A DNA stretch of 64,000 nucleotides. Source: Spirochaetia bacterium (GTDB lineage: Bacteria > Spirochaetota > Spirochaetia > WTKD01 > G963693115). Shown here piece by piece: positions 11,396 through 21,371 of this stretch. Where the stretch lies: contig CBDDCA010000005.1 in assembly GCA_965226055.1 (NCBI GenBank), positions 576,001-640,000 of the forward strand, read 5' to 3'. The position numbers and the translations under genes were made by a program. A model generated the notes under the pieces. The model had not been told where the DNA came from and ran no database searches. It was given only the letters and a program-made list of their open reading frames with translations. Position 1 is the first letter of the stretch. Each line of letters starts with the position of its first letter.

Positions 11396-12935
11396 AATTT
11401 TTACATATCTCCTTATATTTTTCTTCTACTTGTTCACTAAAAAGTAATTCTCTTTTTTTCTGAATAGTACTTACACTATCAACAATAATATTTCCAAAAA
11501 CAGTTTCTTTATGTATATCTTGGGTACATAACTGCACATCCCCGTTTAATCTAATGAGCATATCACGCTCTAAATGACGACATGCAAACCTGTTATGAGG
11601 ACTTAAATCCACTACCTTTCTTTCTTCCAACACTCCACAATAACTATTGTATTTTTGTACCACTAATTGATACCCTTCTCGTTTACAAAACATATGTAAA
11701 GGAGCTATTTCTTCCTCATTTATATCCATTCGTGTAGCTTGTAAATAAATAGCATCTTTACTTGTCTTTTGTGAAAGAAACTGTAAAAATTCAAAGACTT
11801 TTGTGTTTGTTTTATCTTTATGAATTTGAGCGTACAACTGTTCATCTAAACTATCTATTTGTATTATCCATTGCAATTTTTTCACCCATGCTTCATTCCA
11901 CCATTGCTCTCCCATGTTCCAATCTCTTCCTTTTGTTTCCACATATACAGTATTGAACATTTCAGAAGCAAGAGATACTATGTTTCCAATCTCTGGATGC
12001 ACTGCCACTTCACCAGCATACCCTAAGGCAAGAGTGGCTTGTGGTGAATATTCCGATAACTTCTTTAGAATATCAACATATGATGCCATATCCATATATG
12101 ATACTGTATCACTATTTGTTTCCAAAAAAGGAGAATAGATACAGGCTTCATTATAATTACTTATCTGCATATAATAAAAACTTGAAGGTCCAATAAATAA
12201 CTCACTGTGCTGTTTGTATACATCTGGCAAATCATCAATAGTACGCATTCCAGATTCCCATAAACGTTTGGCTATAACATAGTTCCTTTTTGAGTTTGCA
12301 CTCAGTTCAAGACGATACAAACGCATATCTTCTGGAGCTAGTTCTGTTTGTATATCAAAGTCATGTATACGTTTCTCTAAAAGAGTAAAAAGACTATTTC
12401 TTTGTATGGGAGCATGCTGTAAAGATGAGTCCTGTGTGAGTATTTCATCCATAAGATATATGCCTTCCAGAGATATACATTCAGGACTCAGTCCTTTTGG
12501 ATATCCTTCTGTATATGTATAATGTGCCTTAAAATAATTATGAGCATCAAGGTTTTTTTTGAAAATAGCACTATCTTGAAATACATTATCTACACAAGTA
12601 ATACAAAAACTCGTATTATATTGCATATGTTGTAAAGATATATCCTCAGCCCTATGTTCATCAACAGCCGTGTTTTTGATACTGTTCTTTAATGCTCCCA
12701 ATAAAGCACTTAGTGTATTAGGAATGTGTACACTATTCACCCAATGTGGAAGAGATATGGGTTTTGATCCTTCAATGGCTATGATAGAACAGCTGCTAAT
12801 ACTACTTTCTGTGCTTGTATGTAACAAATCATGAAATAGATCTACCGTATGTGTGAAGGCACTACTCCCATCATTAAACATAGTATCAACATAATCAGCG
12901 TCTGTATGGAGTATTCCTACTAAATGTATACTCAT
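11367..12935 (-). CDS. Spiro-SPASM protein (radical-SAM-like domain plus SPASM domain)
   Basis: EGYPKGLSPE in the N-domain. C-terminal 'DLSP..R..C.HL.RDM.I...G.V.LC.QD' and 'C.NCDEYYTFN'. Confidence 0.85.
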   Translation of the reverse strand: MSIHLVGILHTDADYVDTMFNDGSSAFTHTVDLFHDLLHTSTESSISSCSIIAIEGSKPISLPHWVNSVHIPNTLSALLGALKNSIKNTAVDEHRAEDISLQHMQYNTSFCITCVDNVFQDSAIFKKNLDAHNYFKAHYTYTEGYPKGLSPECISLEGIYLMDEILTQDSSLQHAPIQRNSLFTLLEKRIHDFDIQTELAPEDMRLYRLELSANSKRNYVIAKRLWESGMRTIDDLPDVYKQHSELFIGPSSFYYMQISNYNEACIYSPFLETNSDTVSYMDMASYVDILKKLSEYSPQATLALGYAGEVAVHPEIGNIVSLASEMFNTVYVETKGRDWNMGEQWWNEAWVKKLQWIIQIDSLDEQLYAQIHKDKTNTKVFEFLQFLSQKTSKDAIYLQATRMDINEEEIAPLHMFCKREGYQLVVQKYNSYCGVLEERKVVDLSPHNRFACRHLERDMLIRLNGDVQLCTQDIHKETVFGNIIVDSVSTIQKKRELLFSEQVEEKYKEICKNCDEYYTFNA

Positions 12936-12995
12936 CTCATAGAATATCGGTATATATGGCTTGAATAATTACTGTAAAACAAATAAAGTAAGAAT

Positions 12996-14243
12996 ATGGC
13001 TGTACTGAGTGTAAGTGAATTAAGCGAACAAATACGCGAGGCTTTGATTACAAAATTTCCTCAAGCTATTTCAGTTGAAGGAGAAATAAGTAATTTTTCA
13101 GCATCACAAAACGGGCACTGGTATTTCACCTTAAAAGATGAAACAAGCCAAGTAGCAGTAGTAATGTTCAAAGGAAGTAATACATCAGCTTCTTTTTTTC
13201 CTGCAAATGGCATGCAAATACAAATACAAGGCTCTATTTCATTTTACAGTGGAAGAGGACAATGTCAGATAATTTGTACTCATATTCAAAAACAAGGGAT
13301 AGGAAGCATTCTTGCTATGCTAGAAAAAAGAAAAGCAAAACTCTATGCAGAAGGCATGTTTGAACAAAAACATAAAAAAAATATCCCTGCTTTTCCCACT
13401 TGCATAGGTATTTTAACAAGCAGCAAAGGAGCTGCGATACAAGATATTTATAGAACTTTTACATCTCATGGGATAGCTCCTAAAATTGTGTTTTTTCATA
13501 CTGCCGTTCAAGGAGACAGTGCAGCAGAGAGTATCATTCATCAACTACACAATGCAATGGCAAGTAAGCATATACTTGATGCACTTATCATTACTCGAGG
13601 AGGGGGTTCTACCGAAGATTTATTAGCATATTCTGATGAACAGTTAGTACGAAGCATATATGCTTGTCCAATACCAATAATCACTGCAATAGGACATGAA
13701 ATTGACACATCCCTTTGTGACTTGGTAGCCGATACTAGTGTTCCAACTCCAACGGCAAGCGCACACTTTATTGCCGAAAAAATGTTACACGCAAAAAACA
13801 CCGTACACAACAATAAAGAGTACATTACTCACTTTGCATTACAAAAATTACAATCCATTAAACAAATAATAAAAAATAGCACTATCACAAACGCTATGAG
13901 AGAATTTTCATTTCAAGTATCAAATGTGAGACAGCACTTAGATTTTACAAGCGATAAAATTCGTAGCACTATCACACAAAAAATTACTGCTATACAACAA
14001 AAAATACAATACAGTAAAGAATATTTTACAAAAACATCCCCTTCTGCTATCCTTAAAAAAGGATATACTCTCATACATAAGTATGATAATGCATTGCCAG
14101 TACGCACCAATGACAATACCTCACAGAAGGAAACAGCAACATTGGTTACAAGGGCAAAGACATTACAACAAGGCGATGCTATTACCATTACTTTTTACGA
14201 TGAAAAGAAATATGCAATAATAAAAAAACATACACATACATAA
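12996..14243 (+). CDS. xseA: Exodeoxyribonuclease VII large subunit
   Basis: VEGEISNF, GHWYFTLKD, RGGGSTEDL, AIGHEID and PTPTA motifs. Confidence 0.95.
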   Translation: MAVLSVSELSEQIREALITKFPQAISVEGEISNFSASQNGHWYFTLKDETSQVAVVMFKGSNTSASFFPANGMQIQIQGSISFYSGRGQCQIICTHIQKQGIGSILAMLEKRKAKLYAEGMFEQKHKKNIPAFPTCIGILTSSKGAAIQDIYRTFTSHGIAPKIVFFHTAVQGDSAAESIIHQLHNAMASKHILDALIITRGGGSTEDLLAYSDEQLVRSIYACPIPIITAIGHEIDTSLCDLVADTSVPTPTASAHFIAEKMLHAKNTVHNNKEYITHFALQKLQSIKQIIKNSTITNAMREFSFQVSNVRQHLDFTSDKIRSTITQKITAIQQKIQYSKEYFTKTSPSAILKKGYTLIHKYDNALPVRTNDNTSQKETATLVTRAKTLQQGDAITITFYDEKKYAIIKKHTHT

Positions 14244-14253
14244 GTGAACATAT

Positions 14254-14604
14254 ATGAGACAAAAAAAACAAACATTCCAAGAAAAACTAAAAACGCTTGA
14301 AACAATACAACAAGCAATACAAGACAATGAAGATGGAAATCTTGAAGCACTTGTAGAATTATACGAGAAAGGACTCACTCTTGCTACAGAACTAGAAAAA
14401 GAAATAGAAAAATATGAAAAAAAGATACTTGATATAGTCTCATCACAAGAAAATCAAGAAGAAGTAGATGAACATAGCTCTCAAAATGATACACAACACG
14501 CTATATCTCATACAAAAGTTCCCTCGCAAAAAACTTCAGCACAGAAAACAAAAGACAGTACTGGTAAAAACATCACATTGTTTGATGAACAATCAAAACA
14601 ATAA
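14254..14604 (+). CDS. xseB: Exodeoxyribonuclease VII small subunit with low-complexity C-terminal tail
   Basis: 'TFQEKL..LE.I......LE..V.LYEKG..L' pattern; directly follows xseA. Confidence 0.8.
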   Translation: MRQKKQTFQEKLKTLETIQQAIQDNEDGNLEALVELYEKGLTLATELEKEIEKYEKKILDIVSSQENQEEVDEHSSQNDTQHAISHTKVPSQKTSAQKTKDSTGKNITLFDEQSKQ

Positions 14605-14660
14605 ACATAGCTCCATAACAAAGCTATCTAGTCCCTATATTGATACTTATACTGATTCTT

Positions 14661-15086
14661 TTAATGGGGCAACAACAGTTTTGTTCCTGGATAAATTCCA
14701 AAAGACGGAAACAATCCCCTCTGTATCTCTATAGCGTACTTTGCTTTTCCTACTGACACAACAGTGTCCAGAGAGAAAGGCTTCATATGTTCTATATTTA
14801 TGACTGTTCCCGAAGCATCTATAAAAGCAACGGATAATGGGATGGAAGTATCTTTCATCCAAAAAGATAGCTCTTGTTCTTGTTGAAACATAAATAGCAT
14901 TCCTGCGTTCTCATCTAACTGCTTACGAAACATAAGCCCTTTTTGACGCTGTTCAGCTGTTTTTGCTATCTCTAATAGTAATGATTTTCCATTAGGCGTT
15001 TCTAATACAAATTCCGTAGCAGTTTCGTCCTTGCAGCCCCCAACAAAAATAATGAAAATACTAAAAAAAAGATAAAAAATCTTCAC
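14661..15086 (-). CDS. DUF192 domain (lipo)protein
   Basis: EIA.T...RQKGLMFR, GMLF.F, FWMKDT.IPLSVAFID motifs; signal ending VGG-C. Confidence 0.85.
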   Translation of the reverse strand: MKIFYLFFSIFIIFVGGCKDETATEFVLETPNGKSLLLEIAKTAEQRQKGLMFRKQLDENAGMLFMFQQEQELSFWMKDTSIPLSVAFIDASGTVINIEHMKPFSLDTVVSVGKAKYAIEIQRGLFPSFGIYPGTKLLLPH

Positions 15087-15753
15087 GATACTGTTCTCTC
15101 GCTTGTTGTTCTATAGTATTATATTGATCTTGTTGTGGACGAATAAAACTATTCATAATATACTTTACAGTTAAAGGTCTTTCAATAATAAGCATAGTAT
15201 TTTCATTATTCCATTGTGCCTTATTTGGAGTTATCACATTTGCATTACCATATTTTTTATCGTGTACCTCAAATAGAGAAAAATAATCAATAATATTGGT
15301 ATTCAAGGACATACTCAAAACCACAAGTCTATCATCATCATTAAACCGAAAAAATGCTTCCTGTATAAAACGATACCCTGTAGCATCATCTTTCACTCCA
15401 TCAGCTCGTATCACTTTTTGATCACTCTCAGGAACAACAAAAATTTCAGGTTCTTCAAGCACTACCAATAAAGGATCGTTTTGTAGTATCGCTACTACCT
15501 CATCAAATGTAAATCCCAATTCAACATTAAAAAACCCATTTGCAAGCGGAAGCAGAGAAGTATCATCTGTACTCAGTGTATCGTCAGTAGGCGAAGTATC
15601 ATTATATACACTCAGTGCATCATCAATACGCAAAACACTATCATTTGTACTCAGTGTATCATCAGCACTGTAAACAACAGAAGGATACACAATATTGAGA
15701 ATATACATCAATGATACAACGAGTATGCATTGCCTACTTAAAGAGTTGAACAT
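15061..15753 (-). CDS. Hypothetical exported protein
   Basis: Long ORF with a signal-like N-terminus and short DDTLST repeats; overlaps both neighbours. Confidence 0.6.
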   Translation of the reverse strand: MFNSLSRQCILVVSLMYILNIVYPSVVYSADDTLSTNDSVLRIDDALSVYNDTSPTDDTLSTDDTSLLPLANGFFNVELGFTFDEVVAILQNDPLLVVLEEPEIFVVPESDQKVIRADGVKDDATGYRFIQEAFFRFNDDDRLVVLSMSLNTNIIDYFSLFEVHDKKYGNANVITPNKAQWNNENTMLIIERPLTVKYIMNSFIRPQQDQYNTIEQQAREQYREDFLSFF

Positions 15754-16060
15754 AGGTTATATACCATACTAACGCAATATTGATACCAACGATCAATATA
15801 ATAAATTTTGACAACGGGGACAAAGTCTTTATCTTACCAAAAATTCCAGATGCTTCTTTTTGTTTAGGCTTTTGTTCACTATATCTAATGTGCTTTTTTA
15901 TTGGCCTAGAACATTTTGGACACCCATTCTCAAACGACTTAATAGCACCAATAAACCCACAAGCAGGACAACGCGTATTTGAAAAAGCTAAGCCACACTT
16001 AGGACACGAAGTTGTTCCTTTGTCCACAACAGTATTACAAAAATCGCAAATAAAATGCAT
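15734..16060 (-). CDS. Double zinc-ribbon membrane protein
   Basis: Four CxxC pairs and a C-terminal TM helix. Start at MHFIC after SD AGGAGG. Confidence 0.7.
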   Translation of the reverse strand: MHFICDFCNTVVDKGTTSCPKCGLAFSNTRCPACGFIGAIKSFENGCPKCSRPIKKHIRYSEQKPKQKEASGIFGKIKTLSPLSKFIILIVGINIALVWYITYVQLFK

Positions 16061-16073
16061 ATATCCTCCTTTG

Positions 16074-17039
16074 TTACCCAATAATTGAACTAGGATCAAT
16101 ATATCGATTATTTTGCCAAACACTAAAATAAAGAATTGCCTTTTTTAATGTCGGCATTACACCAAGATTTCCAATTTCTTGTCCTTCTGCTACAGTATCT
16201 CCTTGCTTAACATACAGCTGCTTTTGTCCACCATATAGATAGATCACCCCATCATTTCCTCTGATAACCACAACATTATTAAAAGAAGAATGTAATGCTG
16301 CGTACATTACTTTTCCACTCTTAAGTGCTCTCACACTTGTATTCTCACTTCCTTCTATTACTACTCCTGGCAGAGAACCTTTCGTTTCATACAAACGCCC
16401 AGAAACAGGCCAATCCTTTGATACCACCCTACTACTGTTCTCATTGGTATCAGCAACCATCGCCAATAGCTCAATAACATTGGGAGAATCTTCTTTCTGT
16501 GGAATAAAAGAAGTATAGGGATCGCTAGCCTCATTATCAAAGTCAATATCATCATTTGATACTATTGTTCTATCATTTCTTTCTAAACGATCTATAAGAT
16601 CATCATCTAAGGACTGTGTAGGAATTTTTATCTTTTGATCTATATGTAGCACCTCAGAGCGTAAATTATTGGCATTCTTTAAGGTCGAAATTTTGACATT
16701 AAAACGCTTTGAAATCTTAAATAGCGTATCTCCTTTTATAACAATATAGGTATAGTACGGCTCTTGTTTATTATCCTGCGTATACCTTACAGATGCAGTA
16801 CTATCATTTTTCTGAGGAATAAAAATAACAGTTCCTACCTGTATGGCTGTTATATCTGAAATGGTATTGTTATCAATAATATCTTGTAACGGTACTTCAT
16901 ACTCTTTTGAAATTTTATATAACGTATCGCCTTTTTGCACCGTGTGACGAATATCTGCATATGCTGTTTTATGAACAAATAACAAAGAATAACATACAAT
17001 AACTAATAGAATACAGGCCTTATATCTATAGAGTAGCAT
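16074..17039 (-). CDS. LysM-domain / M23-like peptidoglycan-binding protein
   Basis: Two LysM domains (HTVQKGDTLYKIS, VIKGDTLFKIS). The M23-like C-domain lacks the Zn-binding His residues. Confidence 0.85.
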   Translation of the reverse strand: MLLYRYKACILLVIVCYSLLFVHKTAYADIRHTVQKGDTLYKISKEYEVPLQDIIDNNTISDITAIQVGTVIFIPQKNDSTASVRYTQDNKQEPYYTYIVIKGDTLFKISKRFNVKISTLKNANNLRSEVLHIDQKIKIPTQSLDDDLIDRLERNDRTIVSNDDIDFDNEASDPYTSFIPQKEDSPNVIELLAMVADTNENSSRVVSKDWPVSGRLYETKGSLPGVVIEGSENTSVRALKSGKVMYAALHSSFNNVVVIRGNDGVIYLYGGQKQLYVKQGDTVAEGQEIGNLGVMPTLKKAILYFSVWQNNRYIDPSSIIG

Positions 17040-17140
17040 AGTTAATTTAAGTTCGACATATTTTATACTTTTCTTTATTCTAAAAATAAAAAGATAGCAA
17101 TGCTATATGAGTAAAAGAGTATATACAGTATATACAGTAT

Positions 17141-17542
17141 CTACATATAGATATTCTTTGTCTCAAAAAACATCTTATCTATTTCATAAAATTCCCGTAA
17201 CTCTTGTGTCATAAGGTGAACAATAAAATCCTTAAAATCAAGTAGCACCCACCCTCCTGTATTTGATAGCTGAGAACGATTGATACAATATTCAATGTAG
17301 GCATCTAACGATAGCTCCTGCAATAATTGAGGGAGCATCTGTATAATCCCTCTTCTTTGAATATCGGAAATAGTGGTAGCAATAATAACATAATCAGTGT
17401 AGGAAAAAATAGGAGTGACCTTATACACAGAAATATTTTGACAAAATTCATCTTCTAATTTTTTAGCAAGATCAATCATACTTTTTTCCATAGGACTATT
17501 TTCGCCCATATCTTCATCATTCTGAAATTGTTTTTCCATCAA
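17141..17542 (-). CDS. rsfS: Ribosome silencing factor
   Basis: TDYVIIAT, GWVLLDF...IVHLM...REFYEIDK motifs; conserved context. Start uncertain. Confidence 0.85.
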   Translation of the reverse strand: MMEKQFQNDEDMGENSPMEKSMIDLAKKLEDEFCQNISVYKVTPIFSYTDYVIIATTISDIQRRGIIQMLPQLLQELSLDAYIEYCINRSQLSNTGGWVLLDFKDFIVHLMTQELREFYEIDKMFFETKNIYM

Positions 17543-18752
17543 AATCTTCTCCTAAAATTAATGTTACTTCTGCCCCTATATCATCAAGAACTGCAATATC
17601 TGTTAATATTGACTCTACCCCTACTACTTTCGCCACTTTCTTTGCTTTTTGCTTGTTACCAGTACGATCAAGCACAACAGAATACTGTATATCATTACTA
17701 ATGGCATTTCCTACTCCTAATATAGAGAACATTGTGTCTTGCTCGTAGAGTTCTTGTGTTGCACCAGCTAAGCCATTGAGTACTGTCCCATTGAGGATAG
17801 TAAGACTAACAGCTTCATTTGAATTTGATCGTTTTTCTTGATTGATAAAATCTTGTAGCAAAGAAAAAACTGAAAATATACTATTTACGCTATTATCTAT
17901 AAAAAGAATAGAATAGTTTGTATCCCCTATAGTTACTGTATCTATGTCTCCTTGTAAAATCTGAAAATATATATTTTCTTCTTCAAAATTCTGTGCTAAC
18001 AAAAAAATGCTTTGTAAATTATCTACACTTACATTTGTATCAACCACAGAAGCTAATTTTTTCATAATCACTGTATTTTCTATACTCTCTTTCTGACTTT
18101 TTAGAGTTTCTATCAATGCCATAATAAACGACTGTCTGCGCGAAGAAAGTACATAATCATTTTTTGTTTGAATTAATGTTCGTCTTTCAATATCCGAAAG
18201 AAACAAAGATATATCTACCCCGTCAAGCAACATTGTTTTATCAATCACAGTGTACAGAGAAGAAGATTCTTCTCTTTCATTATCTGATCCTAAAGAAAGC
18301 AAATCCCCATTCACTGGAATTTGAATGCCTCCAATAATATCCACAAACCCTTCAAGCATAGAAGACGAAACAAAAAAGTACGATATATCCTCTATACGTG
18401 ATACAGTTTTTACTACTTCAATATACCTCTCATTTCCAAAAGTATGATGATAATACGACAGCGGAAATATTGTTTCTTTTTCACTATCAAACACTCCTAT
18501 ATTAGCAGGAATTTCCAAAATCCCCACCTTCTTTGTCTTGGGAGAGTACATTATAATGAAACTTATAACAGAATTTTGCTGATAACTATCTTTGAACTCA
18601 AAAGAAAACAAAAAACTCACTTGTTCTTCTCTTAAGATGGCTTGGCTGATTGTATCTGCCTTAAAATTCTGATAAATAGTATAGGCAATTACTATAAACA
18701 AAGACAGTATAATAATCCCTAGTATAATGGATAGTACCTTAAAATTTTTCAT
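17517..18752 (-). CDS. LCP (LytR-CpsA-Psr) family protein with LytR_C domain
   Basis: N-terminal TM, FVDIIGGI, RRQSFI, and ILNGTVLNGLA...GNA...VTLILGED. Confidence 0.8.
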   Translation of the reverse strand: MKNFKVLSIILGIIILSLFIVIAYTIYQNFKADTISQAILREEQVSFLFSFEFKDSYQQNSVISFIIMYSPKTKKVGILEIPANIGVFDSEKETIFPLSYYHHTFGNERYIEVVKTVSRIEDISYFFVSSSMLEGFVDIIGGIQIPVNGDLLSLGSDNEREESSSLYTVIDKTMLLDGVDISLFLSDIERRTLIQTKNDYVLSSRRQSFIMALIETLKSQKESIENTVIMKKLASVVDTNVSVDNLQSIFLLAQNFEEENIYFQILQGDIDTVTIGDTNYSILFIDNSVNSIFSVFSLLQDFINQEKRSNSNEAVSLTILNGTVLNGLAGATQELYEQDTMFSILGVGNAISNDIQYSVVLDRTGNKQKAKKVAKVVGVESILTDIAVLDDIGAEVTLILGEDFDGKTISE

Positions 18753-18894
18753 ATATCTTTTATGCTGTTACTTCATTATACAGATAAGTCATAAGTACAA
18801 CAATAGTACTTAATGGAGGTGGAAATTCCAAAACGACATGGCTCTTATCTCTAATTTTTTTATAACACTAATATTACTATCATACAGTACTTAC

Positions 18895-18941
18895 TCTTAC
18901 TTTTTTTTGCTCCTTTGTCGCATTTAATCCTTGAACTCGTG
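18895..18941 (-). mobile_element. Solo left end (about 47 bp) of the IS30 element found at 60415-61493
   Basis: tcttacttttttttgctcctttgtcgcatttaatccttgaactcgtg is the reverse complement of 60414-60459 with one extra T. Confidence 0.85.
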
Positions 18942-19137
18942 GATAATTATAGACCGATAGCAAACATGTATAAAGTGTTGTACAATTGGATAAAGGAGGC
19001 TGGTTTAGTCTAATTTTGCTTATCCATGCCAGCCTCTAAACTAAATATAAACAAATGAAAAGAAGAAGCTAAAATGATATGGAATAAAAGGCCAAGTAGA
19101 AAAACAGCATAAAAAAATAGCTAATAAAATAGAAAAA

Positions 19138-19524
19138 ATGAAAGCTAAAAAGAATACTGCTCAAATGATCGAATATACTAAGCTTATAATTTTAGATGAA
19201 ATGTCTCGCTGTTCTGGAGGGGTAAGTATAAACATTACAGTTCTTAATGGAGAATATGAAAAGTTAAAAAAATATTTTACTATGAGTATGAAAGAACTAA
19301 TGCATAAAGACAAATATTTTTATTGCACATCATATGACGAAATGGATAATATACCACATTATTCAGGACATCTAACACCATTAGGAAAAGAGTTTTTAGA
19401 GAGTCAACAATTTTCAAATAAGTTAAAAAATTCTTATCTTTTTAATTTATTCATTCAACTTATACTAATAATTTTCGGTAGTAGTATTAGCATTTTTATA
19501 GCTAAAATATTTAAATTGGGTTAG
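19138..19524 (+). CDS. Hypothetical protein with C-terminal TM helix
   Basis: 128-aa very AT-rich ORF; 'LTPLGKEFL' is a wHTH-like wing motif. Confidence 0.5.
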   Translation: MKAKKNTAQMIEYTKLIILDEMSRCSGGVSINITVLNGEYEKLKKYFTMSMKELMHKDKYFYCTSYDEMDNIPHYSGHLTPLGKEFLESQQFSNKLKNSYLFNLFIQLILIIFGSSISIFIAKIFKLG

Positions 19525-19646
19525 CACTGTATATAGATTCTAATTTAGAAATATTAGAATTATATAAATATCATATAATATTTACATAGTACATACATGA
19601 AAGAAAATAATATACTATCACTCATCATACGAGGAATGATAAGAGC

Positions 19647-20585
19647 ATGAAATCAAGCACTAGACAAAATGGAATATATTATACCTCTCTTTTTAATCCT
19701 TTTGATAATGCTATTTTCAAAGATTGGATAGATACCCATGCCATACAAAAAGAAACAATACTAGAACCTTTTGCAGGCAATAACTCAATTATACATATGT
19801 TGCAAGAAATAGGAATGGCGTCTCATTATACTTCTTACGACATATATCCACAATCGAAAGAGGTACAGAAACGAGATACTATACAATCATACCCAAAAGG
19901 ATACAAGGTATGCATAACAAATCCACCATGGCTGTATAAATCATCTGCCCAAAGAAGAAAGTTATACTATCCTGATACTCACTATGATAATATATACAAA
20001 CTATGTCTTTCACTTGCTTTAGATAACAACGAATATGTAGGAGCGTTAATTCCTGCCTCATTTATACAATCGCAGCTTTTCACCGATAGATTAGAAAAAC
20101 TCATATGTATCAATAGACTACTATTTGAAAACACAGAAAACCCTGTTTGCCTTGCTCTTTTTAGCAACAGAAAAACAAAAGACATTGAAATATACAGCGA
20201 TGATAGATATGTAGGAAAATATACTGAGCTAAAAAAATGTTTACCAAAAACTCACATTAGTACCTGTAATCTTACATTCAACGATCCCAATGGTAAATTA
20301 GGGCTGATTGCCATAGATAATAATAGAGAGCCTTCTATTAGATTTTGTCATGGAGAACAATTAAAAAAATATACCATATCTCACAGTTCAAGATCAATCA
20401 CACGTATACAAGGCATTGATGTTTCTGAACCCATGCTAAAAAAACTGAATGATTGTATTGATGATATAAGAAAAAAAACAGATGATATTTTTCTCACTGC
20501 TTTCAAAGGTTTAAGAAAAGATGGAAAATACAGACGAAGAATAGAATACTCTTTAGCAAGAGACATAATACAGTATGCACAATAA
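19647..20585 (+). CDS. Putative amino (N6-adenine) DNA methyltransferase, orphan
   Basis: GIYYT (motif X), ILEPFAG (SAM-binding motif I), ITNPPW (catalytic motif IV), DNIY and ALIP, in gamma-class order. Confidence 0.72.
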   Translation: MKSSTRQNGIYYTSLFNPFDNAIFKDWIDTHAIQKETILEPFAGNNSIIHMLQEIGMASHYTSYDIYPQSKEVQKRDTIQSYPKGYKVCITNPPWLYKSSAQRRKLYYPDTHYDNIYKLCLSLALDNNEYVGALIPASFIQSQLFTDRLEKLICINRLLFENTENPVCLALFSNRKTKDIEIYSDDRYVGKYTELKKCLPKTHISTCNLTFNDPNGKLGLIAIDNNREPSIRFCHGEQLKKYTISHSSRSITRIQGIDVSEPMLKKLNDCIDDIRKKTDDIFLTAFKGLRKDGKYRRRIEYSLARDIIQYAQ

Positions 20586-20605
20586 ATACCACTCAGCAAA
20601 AACAA

Positions 20606-21319
20606 CTACAAACCCTGTAATATATAATTAATAGTACAGTATGTATACATATCCCGTGTAGTAGGGTGCGTGGCATCATATTTTTCTGAAAGAAAGTCAA
20701 TAAGAACAATACACTGTTTTGCTACACTCAAAGCACTAAGAGTATGAAGAAACGACTCCTTCATCCCCCTATCTTTCGAAGTAGCATCAGCAATAAATAA
20801 TAGCAACAACAAATCGTTTGGCACTTTCCATCCTAATGTATGATGTGCAATAGCAAAATATATGTTCTGCACACATTCCTGCACAGTAGCATACGAATGT
20901 GCAGGAGTAATATACTGCTCTAAAGGATACTCTTGCTGTAATACTGTTACCGCTGCCTTTCCATGCAGAAAAAGAGGTTGCTCCTGCTCATACAACTCAA
21001 TAGCAAAGCCTGACTGTTCTGCCAACAATAGCATCTGCTCTCCACTATGCTCTCTACAAATATCATGAGCCATCCCTGCAATCCATGCATGTTCACATGT
21101 AACTGCAACTTCATCATGTGTCAACGCTAGCTCGACACTGCGAGTTGCCACACATACACTATGCTCCATACGCAAAGGCGTCACTGTCTTTTCCACTAAA
21201 GCATATAGCTTTGCATGCTTTCGTGTGTATCTTTGCACTCGCTCTTTTACATTGCTCCTTGTATCATCAGACAGTAAAGCACTATTTTTTGTAACACCAC
21301 TATCGACACACTGCTTCAT
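20606..21319 (-). CDS. yqeK: HD-domain Ap4A hydrolase YqeK
   Basis: R.EHS..VA, AGMAHDICRE, LHG, AIAHHT.G, LFIAD; follows nadD. Confidence 0.75.
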   Translation of the reverse strand: MKQCVDSGVTKNSALLSDDTRSNVKERVQRYTRKHAKLYALVEKTVTPLRMEHSVCVATRSVELALTHDEVAVTCEHAWIAGMAHDICREHSGEQMLLLAEQSGFAIELYEQEQPLFLHGKAAVTVLQQEYPLEQYITPAHSYATVQECVQNIYFAIAHHTLGWKVPNDLLLLLFIADATSKDRGMKESFLHTLSALSVAKQCIVLIDFLSEKYDATHPTTRDMYTYCTINYILQGL

Positions 21320-21371
21320 TATACCCCTTATGTATTATCTCTCTCTATGCTATGCTGACAACATATCCTTA

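Noticed and set aside
18813-18830. tggaggtggaaattcca as a tmRNA/tRNA attachment-site remnant, similar to 25180-25195
   Set aside because: Too short to distinguish from chance; no cloverleaf or integrase nearby.
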